From a virus (Duplodnaviria > Caudoviricetes), in the IMG/VR virus record IMGVR_UViG_3300025502_000149, positions 1 to 24,127 of that record: a DNA stretch of 24,127 bases. One strand, given 5' to 3'. Shown here piece by piece: positions 1 through 9,158 of this stretch (position 1 is its first letter; each line of letters begins with the position of its first letter). The position numbers and the translations under genes were made by a program. The notes under the pieces are model-generated. The model was given only the letters and a program-made list of their open reading frames with translations, was not told the origin of the DNA and did no database searches.

Positions 1-48
1 CTTTCCTAAATCCATTATTGACGAGCCTAAGTTTGAGAAGAAGTTCAT
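1..48 (-). CDS. 5' end of a hypothetical late protein running off the window (MNFFSNLGSSIMDLGK...)
   Basis: ATG at 48-46 after an AT-rich leader and a promoter-like element; frame is open to the window edge. Confidence 0.5.
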   Translation of the reverse strand, partial: MNFFSNLGSSIMDLGK

Positions 49-61
49 ATTTTGTAAATAT

Positions 62-90
62 ATTATATCGTAAATTTCGTGTTAAGTCTA
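62..90 (-). promoter_or_regulatory. Sigma70-like promoter TAGACT-N17-TATAAT
   Basis: -35 at 90-85 overlaps the TAG stop of the Gly-rich gene; 17-bp spacer; TATAAT at 67-62; ATG at 48. Confidence 0.55.
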
Positions 91-1257
91 CAAAACTGCT
101 ACCTGTAATGTAGAACCTGTTAAGCCAGCTGTACCTGCCACACCATCATTAGCTGGACCTGCTCCGTTATATCCAACACCCCCTCCTGCACCACCTGTAC
201 TAGCAGAACCTCCGAGTGATTGTAGTGTTCCAGACCCACCATAAGTACCATAAACAAGAATTGCAACACCGCCAGCCCCGCCTGCTCCTCCACCTCCTCC
301 ACCTCCGCACGATATATTACCAAATGAAGGGCTACCAAAACATCCACCATTACCACCGTTGCCACCATTACCACCGTTGCACTCTATTGCCCCGTTATTA
401 ACAATCTTTGCAGCAAAAATGACAATGAATCCTCCTGTGGCTCCTGAACCACCACCTCCACCACCACCTCCTCCTTCGAGTGTTGTATTGTTTGCAGAAC
501 CAGCTCCACCACCACCTCCAGAACCAGATGATGCTGAGTTTGTTAAGGATGTTATGCTTGGTTGAGTATCTAGTAAATAATACGCTGCCTGAGGAGAACG
601 GGGTTCGTTAAATACTGTTCCTGTTTTTGAGCCCCCATTTCCTCCTGTACCGCCAGCATTTGTTGTTGCACCCACAGTTCCTCCTGCACCACCACCACCT
701 CCACCAGAACCTGCTGAACCTAAAGACTTTGCAGAATCCGAACCAGCGGTTGCACTTGAACCATTTGAACTACCTCCGTCTCCACCTGTTCCTCCTGTTC
801 CTCCAACCTTTCCTATAAGTCCAGGTGGTAGTGAACCCGAACTCTGTGATATTGCACCCGCAGTTCCTCCTGTACCGCCAGCATTTGTTGTTGCATCGCC
901 TTCAGCCCCTGTTCCTCCTGTACCTCCGTTGCCTCCGTTTGAAGAAATCGTACCATTGTTAGTTACAAGGTTTTTTACAAAAATACGATAACCGCTTGGA
1001 CTTAATGTAAATCCACTACCAACAATTAAGTTCTCGTAAAACATATCCCTTGAAAGAGAAGTGTTGCTTGATATTGTTACATTACCATCAGAACCATCTC
1101 CGTAAATGTTTGCACGAGTTGCATTTCTTAAAGCAGAAGAAGATATACCTGCTAGGTTGCGAGGGTTTAATCCTGATAGCTGATTCTCTAAATCAAGTAA
1201 CTTTTGTTTGATTATTGCCATCTCATCCTGTCCTGTTGAAAATATATCTTCTGCCAT
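88..1257 (-). CDS. Glycine-rich tail fibre/virion protein (389 aa)
   Basis: YGDGSDGNVTISSNTSLSRDMFYENL motif followed by long GGxGG runs separated by short beta segments; lies in the tail module. Confidence 0.7.
   Translation of the reverse strand: MAEDIFSTGQDEMAIIKQKLLDLENQLSGLNPRNLAGISSSALRNATRANIYGDGSDGNVTISSNTSLSRDMFYENLIVGSGFTLSPSGYRIFVKNLVTNNGTISSNGGNGGTGGTGAEGDATTNAGGTGGTAGAISQSSGSLPPGLIGKVGGTGGTGGDGGSSNGSSATAGSDSAKSLGSAGSGGGGGGAGGTVGATTNAGGTGGNGGSKTGTVFNEPRSPQAAYYLLDTQPSITSLTNSASSGSGGGGGAGSANNTTLEGGGGGGGGGSGATGGFIVIFAAKIVNNGAIECNGGNGGNGGNGGCFGSPSFGNISCGGGGGGGAGGAGGVAILVYGTYGGSGTLQSLGGSASTGGAGGGVGYNGAGPANDGVAGTAGLTGSTLQVAVL
639..895. repeat. Exact 32-bp direct repeat inside the Gly-rich gene
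   Basis: TTCCTCCTGTACCGCCAGCATTTGTTGTTGCA at 639-670 and 864-895, 225 bp apart and in frame; encodes ATTNAGGTGG twice. Confidence 0.9.
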
Positions 1258-1258
1258 A

Positions 1259-2797
1259 TTATTTTGGTGATGGTAAATCGTCTTCGGTTATCTTCATAAG
1301 TACCGCAGTAAGTTTTGGAGAAGAAGAACCGTTAGATGTTATTTGGAATTTACACTTAAATACTTTTTTTCGTGCGTGTCCTGTTACTTTGTAATCACCC
1401 ACTACTGCTGAAGTTGTGTTAAGTGATGTACCGTCTTCTCTGAAGTATTCTGTATATGAACCATAATCAGAAGCGATAGAAAAGTTTATGTCAGTTGAAG
1501 CTGGCATTGGCTGAACACATACATATGCTCTTGTTAATGATTTGTTTGTTGAAGGGTCATCATTATCTATAATTACAGATTCATATATTGCATTTGAACT
1601 GCGGGTAGGGGAGTTAAGTGTTTTACAGGTAGTTCCGGTATTTGTCCCATTATCAGAATAGATACCATAAAAGTTAGGACCTAATGTGAATAGGGAAATA
1701 GGAGTATGTAATGAGTAATCACTTGTGTGATAGCGTTTTGAAAGTATATATGCGATTGGTTTATCGTTATCTAATTGACCGATAGCATAAACACCCGACT
1801 TGTCTGTTTTCCATAATCCGAAGTATAGGATTGTGTCTTTAACCGCTACTGTTTTAGAAGATGAGATTGCTTGTGTTGTTGTTTCGGTTGCAACATTATC
1901 TATAACAATACCTGGTAATTCTATTGGAACAGCACCTTGAAAAGCACCAGAGAGTTGATACATTCTCCCTGTTCCGTTTATTGCAGTAAAAAACTTAATA
2001 GTTTCTTTATGGTTTATAATCCATTGAGGTCCACCAGAAGGAATATCAAAAGAGTCATCAAACTGAGTTGGTGATGTTAAGTCCCACCAAAAGCCTTTGC
2101 AGAAGTTTACATTTATATTTATATTACGAGCTAGGATTATTCCTGAACTAGCGGCGATACCAATATCAACGGAAGTCCATTCGTTAGGCATTTCAAAAGC
2201 ATCTTCTGTGAAAACACCATCTTTATCCACCTTTGAAATATATTTACCATTAGTTATCAAAAGCTCTCCGAAAACTATCCTCAAAGAGATTTTATCATTT
2301 GTACCATCTAACTGAGTTAATGTTCCTACGGTAGCATCTGCATCTCCTGTTATGTCGTATCTCCTAAGCAATACAGTCGTACCTGATGTTTTTGTACAGT
2401 AATAAAGGTAGTTTGTGTTAGATTCTGTTGTTTTAAAGAACTGAACAGGGGATACGGAATAGGCTAGGTTTGTTGCATCTGCAGATGTAAAAAGAGTTGA
2501 TAGGGTAGACGGGTTAGTAGCTGAACCTGTAGCTGCAGATAGTATTCTAACTTTATCCCCAGCAGTCTCTTTTCCATAAGCATAAACAGTATCATCTGTT
2601 CCTGATGTGTAATCATATATTTCGGTTGTAGCTGGTAGAGCGTAGTTAGAAAATATCTGTTCAGCACGAACCCAGTCAGCGTTACTAAAAATATCTATTT
2701 CTTCCACATTAGAGGCAACTCCAATAGTCTTGGATTTATCATCTCTTGTATTTCCTCCGTAGAACTTATTTATTATCTTTAGTTTTTCTTTTGCCAT
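1259..2797 (-). CDS. Virion structural protein, probable tail nozzle/tubular protein B-like (512 aa)
   Basis: Size, beta-rich sequence, N-terminal 'INKFYGG' and position downstream of the adaptor. Function is inferred from synteny. Confidence 0.5.
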   Translation of the reverse strand: MAKEKLKIINKFYGGNTRDDKSKTIGVASNVEEIDIFSNADWVRAEQIFSNYALPATTEIYDYTSGTDDTVYAYGKETAGDKVRILSAATGSATNPSTLSTLFTSADATNLAYSVSPVQFFKTTESNTNYLYYCTKTSGTTVLLRRYDITGDADATVGTLTQLDGTNDKISLRIVFGELLITNGKYISKVDKDGVFTEDAFEMPNEWTSVDIGIAASSGIILARNININVNFCKGFWWDLTSPTQFDDSFDIPSGGPQWIINHKETIKFFTAINGTGRMYQLSGAFQGAVPIELPGIVIDNVATETTTQAISSSKTVAVKDTILYFGLWKTDKSGVYAIGQLDNDKPIAYILSKRYHTSDYSLHTPISLFTLGPNFYGIYSDNGTNTGTTCKTLNSPTRSSNAIYESVIIDNDDPSTNKSLTRAYVCVQPMPASTDINFSIASDYGSYTEYFREDGTSLNTTSAVVGDYKVTGHARKKVFKCKFQITSNGSSSPKLTAVLMKITEDDLPSPK

Positions 2798-2803
2798 AAT
2801 ATT

Positions 2804-3553
2804 TTATACTCCCATCATTGATAGTGTTCCACCTTTAACAAGTGAAGGGAATGGATATTGCAGTCCTGCACCTGAATTGTAAAGTTCTGTCACTTCTGAT
2901 GAAGATAAAACACGAGACCAGATACCGACTTCGTCTATAACTCCATCTAAGTATCGGTTCGTTCCTTCATTGTCTGCACCGATAACAAAACTAGCCGTGT
3001 TGTCATATATTGAGGTAGCATTTGAGTAAAACTTAGTGTTTGAAACTTCTGAACCATTTTTATAAATATGAAAAGTTTTTGTAGATGCTACATAAGTAGA
3101 CACAATATGAACCCAATTACCAACGTCTCCACTAACAAATATGGCACTACTACTGAATGTTTCAGTAGTAGTGCCAGCAGAATATGTTCCTGTTGAACTT
3201 GTAAAGATTTGTAGTTTATTTGAAGACGGAACGTCTATCGTAATTCCTCTTTGATTTGTTGATTCTCTGTTCTTAGACATTAGACACATAATTGTACCTG
3301 TGGTTGAGGGTAGTTGTTCTAATTTTACCCAACAAGAGAATGATATTGCTGAAGTTAAAGACAAACTTACGTTGTCTGCTACTGAAAAGTACTGACTTAA
3401 GCTTAAGTCTAAGTCTGCTCCGTTATTAATTTTTCCAGATACATACGATATTGAATTATTATTAGTCAGTGTATTACTCTCTGCACTATCACTAGCATTA
3501 CCTGATGATTCATCAAATTTCCAATATGAAACTATGTTATCTGTTAGTGCCAT
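2804..3553 (-). CDS. LamG/concanavalin A-like domain virion protein (249 aa)
   Basis: VSYWKFDESSGNASD, SFSCWVK, WVHIVSTY, IYKNG and GVIDEVGIWSRVLSSSEVTELYN are typical Laminin_G_3 motifs. Confidence 0.9.
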   Translation of the reverse strand: MALTDNIVSYWKFDESSGNASDSAESNTLTNNNSISYVSGKINNGADLDLSLSQYFSVADNVSLSLTSAISFSCWVKLEQLPSTTGTIMCLMSKNRESTNQRGITIDVPSSNKLQIFTSSTGTYSAGTTTETFSSSAIFVSGDVGNWVHIVSTYVASTKTFHIYKNGSEVSNTKFYSNATSIYDNTASFVIGADNEGTNRYLDGVIDEVGIWSRVLSSSEVTELYNSGAGLQYPFPSLVKGGTLSMMGV

Positions 3554-3555
3554 AG

Positions 3556-4236
3556 TTATATATTCTTAACTGCCAACATTGTTATTATTACTGATGCAAC
3601 AGAAGCTGATGATGTTGCTGTCCAGTTATTATTTACGGTTGCCTGATTATGTCCTGCTGATTCGTTTAACATAAAGCCTCGTGTTTCACCTGCTGGTACA
3701 TAGATATTAAATCGTGTTGTACCTGCTGTAGCGTCTTTAAAGGATACATTTGTTGCTGTTGCTGATGAGTTTACGACTATTACTCCATAAACATCCAAAA
3801 AAGTAGAAGCGACTGCTGTTAGTACAGTTGTTTCTGATGTAGACGATGTGATTGTGGTTATTTGTGCAACCTTTAAATCACGAATAGAACCTACTACAAC
3901 TTGTTTTCCTATTTTGTCAAATACAGCATTAACCCTGTCGGCATCTGCTACGGCTGTCGGATTTGTAGTACGAGCTTGACCTCCAACTTTTACAGGATTA
4001 CCTGAATCTGCCGCATCACTTGCAACATCACCCGCTGTAGTTGATTCAACAACAATGGGTGTGCTGTTTGCACCTGTGTTTGCTAGGGTTACATTTAAAG
4101 GTGCGTCACTTGATACATCTGTTGCTGAACCATCTGCACCTTGTGATATTTTTACACGAGGGTAAAGTACGCCAGATATTTCGTCTGCCGCTCCTACTGA
4201 CCCTGAACCTGCTGTGAAATTAAAGTTATCAGCCAT
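3556..4236 (-). CDS. Hypothetical virion/tail protein (226 aa, Ala/Ser/Thr-rich)
   Basis: Intact ORF tightly packed in the structural module, with composition typical of virion beta proteins. Confidence 0.6.
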   Translation of the reverse strand: MADNFNFTAGSGSVGAADEISGVLYPRVKISQGADGSATDVSSDAPLNVTLANTGANSTPIVVESTTAGDVASDAADSGNPVKVGGQARTTNPTAVADADRVNAVFDKIGKQVVVGSIRDLKVAQITTITSSTSETTVLTAVASTFLDVYGVIVVNSSATATNVSFKDATAGTTRFNIYVPAGETRGFMLNESAGHNQATVNNNWTATSSASVASVIITMLAVKNI

Positions 4237-4237
4237 G

Positions 4238-4423
4238 TTAATTTTTATTTATTGTTGAATAATTTGTTGTATTTTTTGTTGTTGTATTATAAACAGTTTG
4301 TGTATTACCTGGCTGCGTGAACCAAAACAACCATCCGAAGAATACCCCACCAGCACCAGTAACTCTTTTTGATACTGAATTGAATGTTGTCGTATTCTTT
4401 GCTGTGGTGTTGTATGTTGTCAT
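4238..4423 (-). CDS. Small Thr/Asn-rich protein with central aromatic patch (61 aa)
   Basis: Start overlaps the adaptor stop; duplicated YNTTxKNTT motif flanks VFFGWLFWF. Confidence 0.6.
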   Translation of the reverse strand: MTTYNTTAKNTTTFNSVSKRVTGAGGVFFGWLFWFTQPGNTQTVYNTTTKNTTNYSTINKN

Positions 4424-5139
4424 TATAGGTAGTTTCTAGTGCTTAACGCTGGTCTGAATTGTGTACGGGAGTTTCTGTTTTTGTCGCCATAAAACTGTCG
4501 CATTTCTGTTCTTAGTTGCTCATATTCTTGACGAATCCTGTCGGTCTTATCAGTAGTCCCATTTATCAAAAGCCAGTCATAAGACATACCGAGGGATACT
4601 ATTCTATGGAATGGTTCTGCGAATCCAGGCTCTTGTGTTGTGTCATCATAAGTAAAGCCGTCTATTTCTCGTGAAAAGTACATCTTACCTCCATTTGTTA
4701 GAGTTACATCTGTTGATGCCGGAGCTGGATGTAGAAAGGCTGAATCACCTCTCAAATCATACCTTCTTGGAATACTAGGAGTATCCTCAAAGTCTGTAAT
4801 AGTGGTTTTCATATCGTCTATGTCCACCTCTGATAGTTTTGTCCAGTTTCCTGCGGTATCCCTAACTTCAATAGCCCATAATTTTAAAAGGTTTGTTGGT
4901 AGTGAATAATCTTTTTGAGAATCAACAAGTGTGAAAGTGTATTCTGGTAGCGTTGTATGATTAGAATCATCAAACTGAACACGACCTGAAACTTTAAGTA
5001 TGTCAATAACCGCCTTATAATAATGACGGTTAGCGTTCCTAGCTTTGTCTGCTAATGGATATGATGTTGAGTCTGTTCCACAAATATAATCTGTGTCCTC
5101 AACTAGACCTTGTTTTCCTGATGTATCACTAAATACCAA
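4423..5139 (-). CDS. Head-tail adaptor / tail tubular protein A-like (238 aa), TTG start
   Basis: FTLVDSQKDYSLP, PRRY...FLHPAP and EPFHRIVSLG motifs typical of podoviral adaptors; first structural gene after the capsid and glycan cassette. Confidence 0.7.
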   Translation of the reverse strand: MVFSDTSGKQGLVEDTDYICGTDSTSYPLADKARNANRHYYKAVIDILKVSGRVQFDDSNHTTLPEYTFTLVDSQKDYSLPTNLLKLWAIEVRDTAGNWTKLSEVDIDDMKTTITDFEDTPSIPRRYDLRGDSAFLHPAPASTDVTLTNGGKMYFSREIDGFTYDDTTQEPGFAEPFHRIVSLGMSYDWLLINGTTDKTDRIRQEYEQLRTEMRQFYGDKNRNSRTQFRPALSTRNYL

Positions 5140-5145
5140 TATATA

Positions 5146-5334
5146 TTATGGAAGCTCATGGCTCTCTATTGAGATAATTTTATCACTTATATTACAATTA
5201 GTCAAAGAGAATGTATTTATCATTTTACATTTACACTTGACCTCTATTGTTCCAGATACCTTGCCAACAGATATAAACTGTTTCTTTCCGCAAGCAAAAC
5301 ATCTGAATGATTTTCTTATATCTTGTTGAACCAT
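5146..5334 (-). CDS. Mu Com-like zinc-finger protein (62 aa)
   Basis: FRCFACGK...IEVKCKCKMIN matches the Com-family pattern RCxxCxK...IEIxCxxCxxxN, with the second Cys pair contracted to CxC; similar size. Confidence 0.6.
   Translation of the reverse strand: MVQQDIRKSFRCFACGKKQFISVGKVSGTIEVKCKCKMINTFSLTNCNISDKIISIESHELP
5152..5164 (-). promoter_or_regulatory. Candidate Com-binding RNA hairpin GAGC-CAUGA-GCUU
   Basis: Lies in the 3' end of the Com-like gene, 12 nt before the TTG start of the adaptor, and is preceded by AGA. Confidence 0.4.
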
Positions 5335-5999
5335 TTTATAAGTGTTGATGGAATACTTTTAAATAAACGAGCATTAGGTACTACACAATGCCCACCTATT
5401 TTACCCTCCACATATTTCAAATAAGGTCTCATAACTTCATCACGCTTTAATTTCCTGTAGCCCTCATTATAGGTCTTGTTTGCATCTGTATAGACAAGGT
5501 CAAAATCAGCATCATTCTCATCACACCACTTTTTCATATATTTGTTGAGTAAAATCATAACCCCGTACTGTGTTGTATCCCACAATTTAAGAGCTTCTGT
5601 TGTACGGGCGAATTGAGTAACAACTGTTTTTATACCATGAGCTTCAAATAGCTTAGATGCTTTTCTTGCTCCTTTACCACCGAAATACTTTGTAAATGTT
5701 TTGATTCCTTTATCTATATTAGGGTGAACTCCACGAACAGGAGAATGAACTACACCAAGTGAATCACAAGTTCCAACTGGAACAGTAGAATGTACGATAG
5801 TTAATTTTGTATCCCAAAGGTCCTCATACATCTCAACATCTTGAATGAATGTGTCTGAATAGGGAAAACAGATGTGCATTACATCGTAACTGTACTCTAC
5901 TCTGTCAGAAGTCTCACCATGTACATCATAGTAGTCTCCTTTTATTACTTTATGTAATCCCCGACCTATTTCTCCAAAACCTACAATTATTTGTTTCAT
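5316..5999 (-). CDS. Nucleotide-sugar 6-dehydrogenase-like protein (UDP-glucose/GDP-mannose dehydrogenase family, short form, 227 aa)
   Basis: IIVGFGEIG Rossmann motif, HSTVPVGT, HSP, EALKL and catalytic GGHCV. Confidence 0.8.
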   Translation of the reverse strand: MKQIIVGFGEIGRGLHKVIKGDYYDVHGETSDRVEYSYDVMHICFPYSDTFIQDVEMYEDLWDTKLTIVHSTVPVGTCDSLGVVHSPVRGVHPNIDKGIKTFTKYFGGKGARKASKLFEAHGIKTVVTQFARTTEALKLWDTTQYGVMILLNKYMKKWCDENDADFDLVYTDANKTYNEGYRKLKRDEVMRPYLKYVEGKIGGHCVVPNARLFKSIPSTLIKWFNKI

Positions 6000-6865
6000 A
6001 TTTTTATATAGTTACCTTTCTTTGAATAATAAAGTGCTTTAGGTGATTTACATTTACCACCAAACATAGGGAAGCTCGATAAAGGTTTAAAGAAAGGTCT
6101 AGTATCTTCTCCTTTGATTTTATTTAAACTATCAAAGACCCAAACAACATCTCTTTCTGGCATTGTTTCCCCGTACTTTTTAATATAAAGAGATTCCATC
6201 TTTCTTCTTCTTTTAATCTCCTTATCTACACGAGCCAAAGATTTAATCGCTAGTTTTGCTTGCGATTCTGGCATCCTGTAGTTATATCCTATATGTGAAT
6301 GAAAATAGTTATGCTTTTTATTGAAACACATATTCTTATAGTAATTCATTAGCTCAGAATACTTTTTACTGTTTGTTGTACATACACCGCCCTCCTCAGC
6401 GTTTATTATTTTGTTTTGGTATAAGGAGAAACAAGTTATATCAGCTTTTGAATTAAATACAGCACCATGAGCTTCAGAAGCATCTTCTATAACCTTGAGT
6501 TTATATTTGCTGGCAATCCTCATAATTTCTTTCATATTACAAAGCCTTCCATAAATATGAACAGCCATAATGGCTTTTGTTTTCCCTGTTATCTTTTTCT
6601 CTAACAAAGATACATCCATGTTTAAAGTGTCATCACAATCTACAAAAACAGGTTTAGCTCCTGTATATGCTATAGCGAATCCACACGCAGCCATTGTAAA
6701 GTCTGGAACAATTACCTCATCACCTTTTTTAATATCAAGAGCAAGTAAAGCTAAATGAAGTGCTGAAGTTCCAGTGTTACAACTAACAGCATATTTATGC
6801 TGTACATACTGAGAGAACTTTGATTCAAACTCTTTATATTTTGTAGCACCAGCCATTTTTTTCAT
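5996..6865 (-). CDS. DegT/DnrJ/EryC1/StrS PLP-dependent sugar aminotransferase (289 aa)
   Basis: NTGTSALHLAL, GDEVIVP, GAKPVFVD, EDASEAHG, FSLYQNK (PLP lysine), EGG, GYNYRM. Confidence 0.92.
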   Translation of the reverse strand: MKKMAGATKYKEFESKFSQYVQHKYAVSCNTGTSALHLALLALDIKKGDEVIVPDFTMAACGFAIAYTGAKPVFVDCDDTLNMDVSLLEKKITGKTKAIMAVHIYGRLCNMKEIMRIASKYKLKVIEDASEAHGAVFNSKADITCFSLYQNKIINAEEGGVCTTNSKKYSELMNYYKNMCFNKKHNYFHSHIGYNYRMPESQAKLAIKSLARVDKEIKRRRKMESLYIKKYGETMPERDVVWVFDSLNKIKGEDTRPFFKPLSSFPMFGGKCKSPKALYYSKKGNYIKI

Positions 6866-7808
6866 AGTCTTTAATTGTTTTTATTAAACCGTTTTCAAGT
6901 TTCATCGATGGTCTTGCTTTGATTGTTTTATAAAGCTTTGTGTTATCTGATTGAAGATGCCATATTTCCCATGGTCTCATTCGTTTTTTATCAGGAACAA
7001 CTTTAATATCTTTCCCCATCAATTTACCTATTATACTCGCTAGGTCATACATCAATATAGTAGACTCGGAACCCATATTATATACATCTCCGAACTGTCC
7101 TTTCTCTAATAGCTCTGTTGCCATCTTTACTGCATCATTGGCATACTGAAAATCTCTTGATGAATTATTACCAAGATATATCTTTCCTTTTTTACCTTTT
7201 ATATTCGAAATCTGTTCTATGATTACAGGGATAACATATTCATGTGTTTCATTTTCTCCGTAACAGTTAAATTGGCGAAGTGCGATAGCTGGTGTTTTTG
7301 CTTCTTTCCACCTTGCTTGTATAAGCGTATCTATAGCAAGCTTTGATGCTCCATAAGTTGAATGAGGGTTAGCGACATCTGTTTCTTTAATCATTCCATC
7401 TACTTTCCCGTATATTTCAGCAGACGAAACTTGTAGGATACCTTTCACTCCTGCTTCTTGTGCTGCGTTAAGGACCATTAAAGCTCCTCTAGCGTTTATA
7501 TCAAATACATGAAGTGGTCTTTCAAATGAAACAGGTATATAAGGCTCAGCTGCGTAATTAAACACATACTGAATCTTGTTGTCTGTAAAAATCCTTCTTA
7601 GTGTGGACTCTGACTGTGTGATGTCGTGGTATGTAAACTTTGCTTTGTCGTGTACGAAAGACTTTTGTCCTGATATTAGATTGTCAATAACAACCACATT
7701 ACATTTTCGGTCTTCTATTAGATGTTTAACAAGATGACTTCCTAGAAATCCTGCCCCTCCAATAACTGCGACATTACTTTTATATATTTTTCTTTTAGGT
7801 TCTCCCAT
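6834..7808 (-). CDS. NAD-dependent nucleotide-sugar epimerase/dehydratase (extended SDR, 324 aa)
   Basis: GGAGFLG, SSAEIYG, YGASK (YxxxK), RQFNCYG, RDFQY. Confidence 0.93.
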   Translation of the reverse strand: MGEPKRKIYKSNVAVIGGAGFLGSHLVKHLIEDRKCNVVVIDNLISGQKSFVHDKAKFTYHDITQSESTLRRIFTDNKIQYVFNYAAEPYIPVSFERPLHVFDINARGALMVLNAAQEAGVKGILQVSSAEIYGKVDGMIKETDVANPHSTYGASKLAIDTLIQARWKEAKTPAIALRQFNCYGENETHEYVIPVIIEQISNIKGKKGKIYLGNNSSRDFQYANDAVKMATELLEKGQFGDVYNMGSESTILMYDLASIIGKLMGKDIKVVPDKKRMRPWEIWHLQSDNTKLYKTIKARPSMKLENGLIKTIKDYEKNGWCYKI

Positions 7809-8716
7809 GAATTATATTGGTTAAATAATTGACCCTGTTGTGAGTATGCTCTTATATCTCTATTGTACCACTCATCAATCTTCTTGGCTATATCTGTTGG
7901 TTTATAAATAGCAGAATCAAACGAAACAGATAGTCTTTCTTTCTTGTACGAATCAACTTTTATTAAAGGTTCTTTCGGTAGCCATGTATTTATGGGATAA
8001 CGGTCTCCAGCCATAACAAGCATTCCACTGGCAAAAGCTTCCTGCAAGGGAAGTGATAAACCATTAAACTTCTCGGGAAAAATAAATACATCACCCTCAT
8101 CCCATATATCATTAAAAGTACCTATACGATATTCAATCCTATTGTCTTTAATCTCTTTTATTGGAACTTGGCTTCTTATGATTAGTTTAATAGGGCTTTT
8201 AACATACTTCATAGACTCTAGTAACTCCTTTGTCCCGTTTCTACCACCAAGACCACCATTACCCGCATTATGAACAAAGGTTATAGCCTTTTCTCTTAGT
8301 TTCCATTTAACATCAACAGGAACATTCAACCTCTCCCCTACCCTATCGTAGTAGTCATAATCTAGCTCGGATGGGCTTAAAATAAGGTCAGGGGAGTAGG
8401 GGAGGGGAGAGCGAGTACATTCATACATTGGCATGAGTATTGTCTTTATTCCTTTCTCTCTGGCTCTAACAATAAGCTTCCAGTTAAACACTTCTTCGAA
8501 GAAGAACAGTACATCACATTCCAATAGACTATCAATGTTTATTAACCTGTCAGGATACCATTCATAATGATTGGTCCTAGAACTATGAGGGTGAACATAC
8601 ACATCAGTTATGATTCCATTGTCATAAAAAGACTTAGCTAGATAACCAAGACCTTGCTCTGTAGCTAATACGATTGAGCCAACTTTAAATGATTTCAAAT
8701 GGTTCCGGGTCTTCAT
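7742..8716 (-). CDS. GT-B fold glycosyltransferase (GT4-like, 324 aa)
   Basis: DVFIFPEKFNGLSLPLQEAFASGMLV resembles the GT4 C-terminal motif; C-terminal YNSWENL. Exact start is uncertain. Confidence 0.8.
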   Translation of the reverse strand: MKTRNHLKSFKVGSIVLATEQGLGYLAKSFYDNGIITDVYVHPHSSRTNHYEWYPDRLINIDSLLECDVLFFFEEVFNWKLIVRAREKGIKTILMPMYECTRSPLPYSPDLILSPSELDYDYYDRVGERLNVPVDVKWKLREKAITFVHNAGNGGLGGRNGTKELLESMKYVKSPIKLIIRSQVPIKEIKDNRIEYRIGTFNDIWDEGDVFIFPEKFNGLSLPLQEAFASGMLVMAGDRYPINTWLPKEPLIKVDSYKKERLSVSFDSAIYKPTDIAKKIDEWYNRDIRAYSQQGQLFNQYNSWENLKEKYIKVMSQLLEGQDF

Positions 8717-9158
8717 ACTCTAGAATTATTACTTTCTTTGATACTCTCTCAAGTTCTTTCTGCATTAAGTTCCATTCTGCTTCTCCTAGATTATCCATAA
8801 CCATCTTTTTAATAGATACACAAAAAGACCAATCAAACTCCTCGTCTTTAAATGGTAGTTCTTTTAAATTACCGACAATAAAGTTTTTATCAGGATATGA
8901 TGATTTTGCCTTAGCAATAAAATCGGGGCTGAAATCTATTCCAGTATAATCTTCAAATAGTTCACTCCAACGACCATACCCACACCCAGCATCTAAAACT
9001 TTACCGGAGCAATTATTTAATAATATCTCTTTATGTGTTTTGTTTATCAAATCCCAATGGTCTTGCTTTGTAACATATACAGAATAATGTTCTCTACTTT
9101 TACTAGCCTCATCAATCCTCTTTTTCCAAAAATCTAATCTATCTATTGGTTTTGACAT
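8685..9158 (-). CDS. Class I SAM-dependent methyltransferase (157 aa)
   Basis: VLDAGCGYG motif I, GIDFS, LPFKDEEFD. Confidence 0.9.
   Translation of the reverse strand: MSKPIDRLDFWKKRIDEASKSREHYSVYVTKQDHWDLINKTHKEILLNNCSGKVLDAGCGYGRWSELFEDYTGIDFSPDFIAKAKSSYPDKNFIVGNLKELPFKDEEFDWSFCVSIKKMVMDNLGEAEWNLMQKELERVSKKVIILEYEDPEPFEII

Noticed and set aside
120-818. Alternative-frame and antisense ORFs (Pro-rich, His/Leu-rich) over the Gly-rich gene
   Set aside because: These are shadows of GGN codon runs.
639-895. Direct repeat as a DGR template/variable pair
   Set aside because: The copies are identical, short and in the same gene; there are no adenine-specific differences and no reverse transcriptase in the window.
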